Source of the DNA: Eledone cirrhosa
Lineage: Eukaryota
DNA: 64,000 nucleotides
Reading direction: 5' to 3'
NCBI GenBank assembly: GCA_964016885.1
Contig: OZ024752.1
Location: 39,866,001 to 39,930,000 of the forward strand
The position numbers and the translations under genes are program-made. Below are positions 1-64,000 of this stretch, piece after piece. How positions within the stretch are numbered: position 1 is the stretch's first letter; each line of letters begins with the position of its first letter. The notes under the pieces are model-generated. The model made no database searches. It had not been told where the DNA came from and saw nothing but the letters and a program-made list of their open reading frames with translations.

Positions 1-1380
1 AATCACTAAGTCATCTACTATACCAATCACTAACTCATCTACTATACCAATCACTAAGTCATCTACTATACCAATCACTAACTCATCTACTATACCAATC
101 ACTAAGTCATCTACTATACCAATCACTAACTCATCTACTATACCAATCACTAAGTCATCTACTATACCAATCACTAACTCATCTACTATACCAATCACTA
201 AGTCATCTACTATACCAATCACTAACTCACCTACTATACCAATCACTAAGTCATCTACTATACCAATCACTAACTCACCTACTATACCAATCACTAAGTC
301 ATCTACTATACCAATCACTAAGTCATCTACTATACCAATCACTAACTCATCTACTATACCAATCACTAAGTCATCTACTATACCAATCACTAACTCATCT
401 ACTATACCAATCACTAAGTCATCTACTATACCAATCACTAAGTCATCTACTATACCAATCACTAAGTCATCTACTATACCAATCACTAACTCATCTACTA
501 TACCAATCACTAAGTCATCTACTATACCAATCACTAACTCATCTACTATACCAATCACTAAGTCATCTACTATACCAATCACTAACTCATCTACTATACC
601 AATCACTAAGTCATCTACTATAGCAATCACTAACTCACCTACTATACCAATCACTAAGTCATCTACTATACCAATCACTAAGTCATCTACTATACCAATC
701 ACTAACTCATCTACTATACCAATCACTAACTCATCTACTATACCAATCACTAAGTCATCTACTATACCAATCACTAAGTCATCTACTATACCAATCACTA
801 AGTCATCTACTATACCAATCACTAAGTCATCTACTATACCAATCACTAACTCATCTACTATACCAATCACTAAGTCATCTACTATACCAATCACTAACTC
901 ATCTACTATACCAATCACTAAGTCATCTACTATACCAATCACTAACTCATCTACTATACCAATCACTAAGTCATCTACTATACCAATCACTAAGTCATCT
1001 ACTATACCAATCACTAACTCATCTACTATACCAATCACTAAGTCATCTACTATACCAATCACTAAGTCATCTACTATACCAATCACTAACTCATCTACTA
1101 TACCAATCACTAAGTCATCTACTATACCAATCACTAAGTCATCTACTATACCAATCACTAACTCATCTACTATACCAATCACTAACTCATCTACTATACC
1201 AATCACTAACTCATCTACTATACCAATCACTAACTCATCTACTATACCAATCACTAACTCATCTACTATACCAATCACTAAGTCATCTACTATACCAATC
1301 ACTAAGTCATCTACTATACCAATCACTAAGTCATCTACTATACCAATCACTAAGTCATCTACTATAGCAATCACTAGCTC
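1..1380. repeat. 24-bp minisatellite (aatcactaa[g/c]tcatctactatacc), ~57 copies, truncated by the window start
   Basis: Direct reading of the period; two main single-base variants. Confidence 0.97.
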
Positions 1381-1511
1381 AGTACAGTTTCTATGGTGAG
1401 AGTGACAATGGATTGTCTATAACTTGGTTGGGTTGGCTTTGTTAAAAAAAAGCACTGTTTTTCACTACTGCTTACATGTTTTGCAGATATATGCTTGAAG
1501 ATATAAATATT

Positions 1512-1736
1512 CATACATACCTACATACATACACAAAAACACACACACAAACATTTTTTATATATATATATGTATATATATATATATAAATATGTATATA
1601 TATATATAAATATGTATATATATATATATACACATATAAATATGTATATATATATGTATATATATATATATAAATATGTATATATATATATATATATGTA
1701 TACATATAAATATGTATATATATACATATAAATATG

Positions 1737-1785
<49 letters not shown>

Positions 1786-1880
1786 GTATAAATATGTATA
1801 TATATATATATATGTATAAATATGTATATATATATGTATAAATATGTATATATATATGTATAAATATGTATATATATATA
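1512..1880. repeat. (TA)n/(TATG) compound microsatellite
   Basis: Direct reading. Confidence 0.95.
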
Positions 1881-2185
1881 TTGGCCTTGCAATCGAAATG
1901 TTGTGAGTTCAATTATCAGACCGGGTGATGTGTTGTTTCCTTGAGCAAGACACTTTATTTCACATTGCTCCAGTTTACTCAGCTGTAGAAATGAGATGAT
2001 AGGGACTGGGGTCCATATCATTCCACTGCAAAGTGGTCGTGGAGGTGCCACGGCAAAAAAAGCACCCAGCACTCACTGTAAATGAGGTTGCCGTTAGGAA
2101 GGGCATCCAGCTGTAGAAATCAAGCCAGAATCAGTTCTCGTCCCACCCTTGCAAGCAGCGAAAGGCAGACGTAAAATGATGATGA
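1880..2185 (+). mobile_element. tRNA-derived SINE (family 2), 5'-truncated, (GAT)n tail
   Basis: B-box-like gagttcaatt, core 'ccttgagcaagacactttatttcacattgctcc'; near-identical copy at 52490-52825. Confidence 0.75.
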
Positions 2186-2202
2186 TATATAAATACATAT
2201 AT

Positions 2203-3031
2203 ACAAATATAATTTCAGTGCGATCGTATTTCGGCGGCAGCCAAAACAAAACAAAACGCAATTTTTGAGATATACCGGCAAGCGTTCAATGGACTAGGAA
2301 GCAGCCAGAACAATTAACATACATTATAAGGGCCAGACACATTATAAAAATGGCTGTGAAGTGACAAGCCAGGCAGCCGAGAAAACTAGCAAGCTAAACA
2401 GGTTAACAAAAAATTTACCTGGACCTTCCAGGAACTTGGTGGTAAAATCCAGTGGGATGTTTCTGTGACTCCTAAATCAAGTATACTGTTTGTTTTCGTT
2501 GTAAGCTTTTGGTATAATGATCAAACAAGGTAGACACTTCGTCAACAGGTTTTTGCTCTCAACTGCCTACCAGGTTCAAATGAAGCATTAGTGAAGCCGC
2601 TACCTCATGTGGTTACCCTGGAAGGGAGGTAACCCCTGTTTTTGGTGGGTGGAATCAAAATGTGTAAAGGAATTACAAAAAAATTGCAAAAAACAATGCA
2701 CAAATTGAAGTAAGCTCTCGACCGGGTTGTTTTTAAATAAACTTAAGCAATTAATCAGTCAATAGAATTGTCTAATTGAATTAACTAATTAATTGCTAGG
2801 CCCGGGAGATTAATACAAATATAATTTCAGCGGCAGCCAAAACAAAACGCAATTTTCGAGATATGCCAACAAGCGTTCAATGGACTGGGAAGAAGCCAGA
2901 ACAATTAACATATGTTATAAGGGCCAGACACATTATAAAAATAGCTGTGAAGTGACAAGCCAGGCAGCCGAGAAAACGAGCAAGCTATACAGGTTAACAA
3001 AAAATTTACCTGGACCTTCCTGGAACATGGT
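2203..3031. mobile_element. Element with ~220-bp terminal direct repeats (2203-2441 / 2813-3031); LTR-like or Penelope pseudo-LTR remnant
   Basis: Two diverged copies of tacaaatataatttcag...cggcagccaaaac...cctggaccttcc.ggaac.tggtg flank ~370 bp. Confidence 0.55.
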
Positions 3032-3035
3032 GATG

Positions 3036-3083
<48 letters not shown>

Positions 3084-3086
<3 letters not shown>

Positions 3087-3472
3087 TCATCATCATCATT
3101 CGTCGACTACTGTCGAGATGACGGATCTCACTCTCATGCCCCAGAATTCCCTGTCCCCCATCGCTGCCCCCAGGTCTCATCTACTGATTCCCATATCACT
3201 AGAGATAACGTCAGGGAATGACAGCTTCCTACTCCTAGTCAGGCTGGAGTCAGGGTTCCAGAGCAAGAGAGCGGATATGATTTCATTGCTGGCACGGTGA
3301 CAGTGGCCAGCAAATTGAGCTCTCCGGGATTTTAGAAGGGCATCACAACTTGAGAGGAGATTGGATGGCACATATACCCGCCTCTTAATGAGAGTGCAAA
3401 ACCTATCCTGGAAACGACATCCCACCTTGTCTAAAATCTATGGCAAACTCCCTCGAGCCTCTGCCCTTCTAA

Positions 3473-3473
<1 letters not shown>
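3084..3473 (-). mobile_element. RTE-clade LINE 3' fragment with inverted 5' segment
   Basis: Minus: ALLKSRRAQFAGHCHR...AAMGDREFW + (GAT)n tail. Plus 3340-3473: LDGTYTRLLMRVQNLSWKRHPT...RASALL. Confidence 0.75.
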
Positions 3474-3505
<32 letters not shown>

Positions 3506-3711
3506 CATTACATACACACACATACATAGCTGGGATTGTTAAAAAATAACACAGTAACATTCAACAGGCACCGGGTAATTACCTCCCTTAGCGAGTTATA
3601 TCATGTTCACCGGTGGCAATGCCTTTACCATCTACAATCAGTATGCATAGCGATGTGATGTTATAATACCCTCTCCAAGATTTGTAATTAAGGACCTAGC
3701 CATCGGAACAT

Positions 3712-3752
3712 CTACCCCTGATGATCCCCTCTGGGTGAAACATGTGTAAGAG
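3712..3752 (+). ncRNA. Hammerhead core with decayed stem I
   Basis: ccc-CUGAUGA-u-ccc(cucu)ggg-u-GAAA-caugug-UA-agag; core and stems II/III present, stem I mismatched. Confidence 0.45.
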
Positions 3753-3837
3753 CTATATAAAGATATGTTTTAACGGTTTGTAACTCTTTCATTCACTCAT
3801 TCATTTGGTTATATATCATCATCATCATCATCATCAT

Positions 3838-3870
<33 letters not shown>

Positions 3871-3871
<1 letters not shown>

Positions 3872-4115
3872 CAGAGGAGACTGAGGTTAGCTGGACATGC
3901 TCACCGACATCCAGAGTTGACATTGCACTCAGTGCTCCTTTCGGAGCCCCTACATGGACACACTAGAAGAGGAAGACCAAGGTTAACGTATGTTGATGCC
4001 CTAAGGACAGACACTGGTCTGTTGGAGACGCAGGACATGGCAGCGATAATGAGGGACAGAGACCGCTGGAGAGAACTCGTTCATGGATCTCTGGAATTTT
4101 ACCCGCCTTAGATAG
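3871..4115 (+). mobile_element. RTE-clade LINE 3' fragment
   Basis: RRLRLAGHAHRHPE...RRGRPRLTYVDALRTD...MRDRDRWRELV. Confidence 0.75.
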
Positions 4116-4706
4116 ATATAACAAAGAGGGTGTGGTAAGATACCAGGTGGACCATAACGCATCAGAGTACTCAATACTTGGGCTAGTAGAGTGGATCTAG
4201 CTATCGAAAGGGTTGAACCTCAGCCATCGGGGTCCTGAATCTTTTCATATATATCTATATATGAGAAATCTGCCTCCATGACCCTTTTAAAATGATGATT
4301 ATTTTTCAAGTTTCACTTGGGAAGGAAGGTAAGGGTGGAGAGAAAAGTGCTGCCCCCCACCCCACCCCACCAGTACATTTGCTGAAAGGTGGGTGAATGT
4401 GGCAAGAATAGCTCATGTGAGTGGGCCTACTCTGATCATGCGCCTGTAGGTGGGTGAATTTGAGGAAGAGAGGGGTGCCCTTCCCGGGTGCTCTCGAAGG
4501 CGTTGGGTCATTCAGGATTGGTAGGGTACTTGAGTGAACCCTGGACGGTCATACCCCTATTGGGGAATTTTCCCTGTTGTATTTTTATTGTTATTTATTT
4601 TGTTTACATATTGTATATGTAAACCCCACTGTCCCTGTCTTTTGTATTGTCCCCTACATGTCAGCCCTTGAGGCCAATAAATGAAACTATAATAATAATT
4701 ATTATT

Positions 4707-4894
4707 ATTTCTACTTTTGGCACAAGGCCAGCAATTACCCCAGTGTATTACTGGTACTTTATTTTATCGACCCCCGTAAGGATGAAAGGCAAAGTTAACC
4801 TCGATGGGATTTGAACTTAGAATGGAAAGGGCCATAACTCTATACATCAAACCATGGCGTCCGACCCTCTACCGATACTACCAATCCGCCGCCC

Positions 4895-4895
<1 letters not shown>
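4707..4895 (-). mobile_element. tRNA-derived SINE (family 1)
   Basis: Reverse complement of the 7921-8110 element. Confidence 0.75.
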
Positions 4896-4930
<35 letters not shown>

Positions 4931-4932
<2 letters not shown>

Positions 4933-5613
4933 TTCAATGTGCAGTCCTATAGCGCCAACTGAATACCTAAACAGGCATGACAGAGCTGCACAATACATAC
5001 ATTGGATAATGTGTAAGCATTTTGACCTGCCCCATCAAAAGAATTGGTGGGAGCATCAACCACCTCCCATGCTTGAAAAAGATCACATCTCAATCTTGTG
5101 GAACTTTAGCATCCAAACAGACTGAAAAATAGATGCAAATAGACCTGATATAATACTGAAGGACTTTAAAAAGAGGGTATGCCTGCTAATTGATATGTCT
5201 GTTCCAATAGACAAGAATGTATCTATAAAAACATTTGAAAAATTGAGCAAATATAAGGACCTGGAGATAGAAATTGGAAAAATGTGGAAATTGAGAACTA
5301 AAACAATACCAGTGGTTGTAGGCGCTCTAGGAATGATACCTAAGGGGTCTAATGATTACTTATCGCAAATCCCAGGAAACTCGCGTATAGGAGAAATACA
5401 AAAGATAGTACTAATGGGAACTGCCCATATACTAAGGAAGATTCTGTCAATATAAGTACATCACAAGTCTAACCACCTAAAGATGCATGTGTGTGTATGT
5501 ATGTACTTTCTTGAACATGGCGGACCTTGTTGTCTCTTGAGGTCACTGGTTGTGACTTGGTGATAACTCGTATGAACATAAAGCAAGATAAATGCAACTG
5601 TAATAATAATAAT
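4931..5613 (+). mobile_element. R4/Dong-like non-LTR retrotransposon 3' fragment (restriction-like endonuclease), inserted in (TAA)n
   Basis: YLNRHDRAAQYIHW...RPDII...LIDMSVP...EKLSKYKDLEIE...PVVVGALG; one in-frame stop at 5123; (TAA)n on both sides. Confidence 0.82.
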
Positions 5614-5800
5614 GAAATTATTCTGTACAGTTCTCAGGTGCACTACAACTCCTCCAAGATGCATGTATAGTACATAGAATAATGTATAAATGTCAGGAAA
5701 ATGAATAATGTATGAGTCATGATATACATTTGTGCATGTGTATGGAGGGGGATATCAGGTGTAGTGTTGGCGAATTTCAGGAAGCATGGGAGTTTTAAGA
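5608..5800 (-). mobile_element. CR1/L2-like LINE 3' end fragment
   Basis: Reverse complement matches 48030-48235. Confidence 0.6.
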
Positions 5801-5934
5801 TAAGATTATTTTAATATACTTTGGGAGGGTCATGTTGTTAATAAAAACACACACACCCGTTGGTTTTCACTTCAATTTATTATAAATTTCCGGTTGGTTG
5901 GTTGATTCGATAACCAAAAGGTTGTTTATATATT

Positions 5935-5976
5935 GTCAAAGCTCTTTCATCACACATTCTGTGACCTCCTCAGTGA
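5935..5976 (-). ncRNA. Hammerhead motif, second copy of the 50362 family
   Basis: Minus strand: uca-CUGAGGA-g-gucaca(gaaug)ugugau-GAAA-gagc-UU-ugac; flanks match the 50360-50460 element. Confidence 0.6.
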
Positions 5977-6052
5977 GAAATCTCGCAAAACAAATTCCAA
6001 AACGAATTATTTTAATGTTTTGTATTCATATTCTTTTATTTTTATATTTTAG

Positions 6053-62649
<56,597 letters not shown>

Positions 62650-62737
62650 GTAATGTGTTTTCATTTTGCTTATAACTTTGAAAGTAAATTGATAAAACAT
62701 TTGATTGATTCCTTTCAAGGTGATTGGTAGTATATAC

Positions 62738-62790
<53 letters not shown>

Positions 62791-62807
62791 TTTCTTTATT
62801 AATAATA

Positions 62808-63107
62808 ATAAAAAGTAACCGATACCAGGGTTTAAAGTGGGGGTTAAAAAGGATTTGGAACAGCCATGAAATCAAGGTCGTCCCGATTGTCATAGGAACA
62901 CTAGGTACTATCTCAAAGAGTTTCCAATGATGGTTAAAGAGTTAGTCCAGCCTCATTTTTTGGAACACTTCAAAATGCATGCTTGCTGGGAACAGCAAGA
63001 ACCCTCCGATACGTCCTGAATGTCTGAGGCTTCAGGTAACGGCTTGATATTCATTTCACCAAACTTTCCAGTTAACTAACATCAATGACTGAGACTCAAA
63101 GAACAAC

Positions 63108-63110
<3 letters not shown>
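62808..63110 (+). mobile_element. Diverged R4/Dong-like 3' fragment in (TAA)n
   Basis: YQGLKWGLKRIW...VVPIVIGTLG...ACLLGTARTLRYVL; flanked by (TAA)n. Confidence 0.65.
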
Positions 63111-63145
<35 letters not shown>

Positions 63146-64000
63146 TTTCTTTATTGGCCACAAGGGCTGACATCAAGAAAAACATTACAGACGGCACAGG
63201 ACGGTACGATGGGGATTTTGTGCGTGTAAATATTTTTATTATTTATATAAGTATCGGTAGAGGGTCGGACGCCATGCTTTCCAGCATAGTTACGTCCCTT
63301 TACGATCTGAGTTCAAATCCCGCCGAAGTTCACGTTGCCTTTCATCCTTATAGGGTCGATAAAATAAAGTACCAGTAATGCACTGGGTAATTGCTGGCCT
63401 TGTGCCTAAAGTAGAAATAATTATTTATATAAGAAACGAAAAAGAAAAAAAAAGACATAGAAACATATATATATATATATATAAACAATAAAAATGAAAA
63501 TTCAAACAATGAAAAATTCCCCAATAGGGGGGGGGGGGGGTAGATAATGGTTTCTTTATTGGGCACAAGGGCTAACATGAAGAAAAATATTACAGATGGC
63601 ACAGAACAGAACCGGATGATACAAAGTGGATTTTGGGCCATGTAAAAAGGTTATAACAAGAAGATAGAAATGTGTAAAAACAAATCAAAAAAATTCAAAC
63701 AACAAAAATTTCCCCAAAAAAGGGGGAAACCTCCGAGGGTCACTCATGACGAAAACCACACAAAAGACCACGGCCACCCTGACCACCAGGGCAAGCGCCC
63801 TCTCTCAGTTTTCCCTCTCCTCAGTCTACAGTCACATACTCAGAGCAGACTTGCCACTTTCACCCACCATTCAACACACTTACTAGAAGACAGTACTTGC
63901 CTCTCCATCTTGATATTTTCTTCAAGTGAAATTTGAAATAGTAATGATTTCTAGTATAGACACAAGGCTAGCAATTTGAGGGGAAGGGGAAAATCGATTA

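Noticed and set aside
1381-6052. An additional B-type exon upstream of A1, or a promoter or first exon
   Set aside because: No AG/GT-bounded segment with the Y.I...FF.I...G.I pattern was found; the region is repeats and TE fragments, so the previous exon is probably outside the window.

Overview
Eukaryotic, AT-rich, microsatellite- and SINE-dense genomic DNA; the repeat landscape looks like an octopus/cephalopod genome (inference). The window lies inside one large + strand gene, entered and left mid-gene. I traced 25 small coding exons by hand (6053-62649). All are flanked by AG/GT and all are phase 0-0. They splice into one open frame of about 1296 codons encoding about 12 complete, atypical cadherin-like repeats. 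Exons alternate strictly between a long type A (61-62 codons) and a short type B (38-45 codons), with a 2-domain and possibly a 6-domain higher-order period. The canonical Ca2+-binding DRE and DxNDN motifs are replaced, mostly by basic R/K-N linkers. Introns hold satellites (24, 55, 21, 58, 114, 61, 112 and 81 bp units), tRNA-derived SINEs, Dong/R4-, RTE-, CRE- and CR1-like LINE fragments, DNA-transposon MITEs and several long fold-back palindromes. They also hold about a dozen sequence-diverse minimal type I hammerhead ribozyme motifs of the kind known from Penelope-like elements, most next to (TA)n tracts, on both strands. Most ORFs in the supplied track are microsatellite or satellite artefacts.
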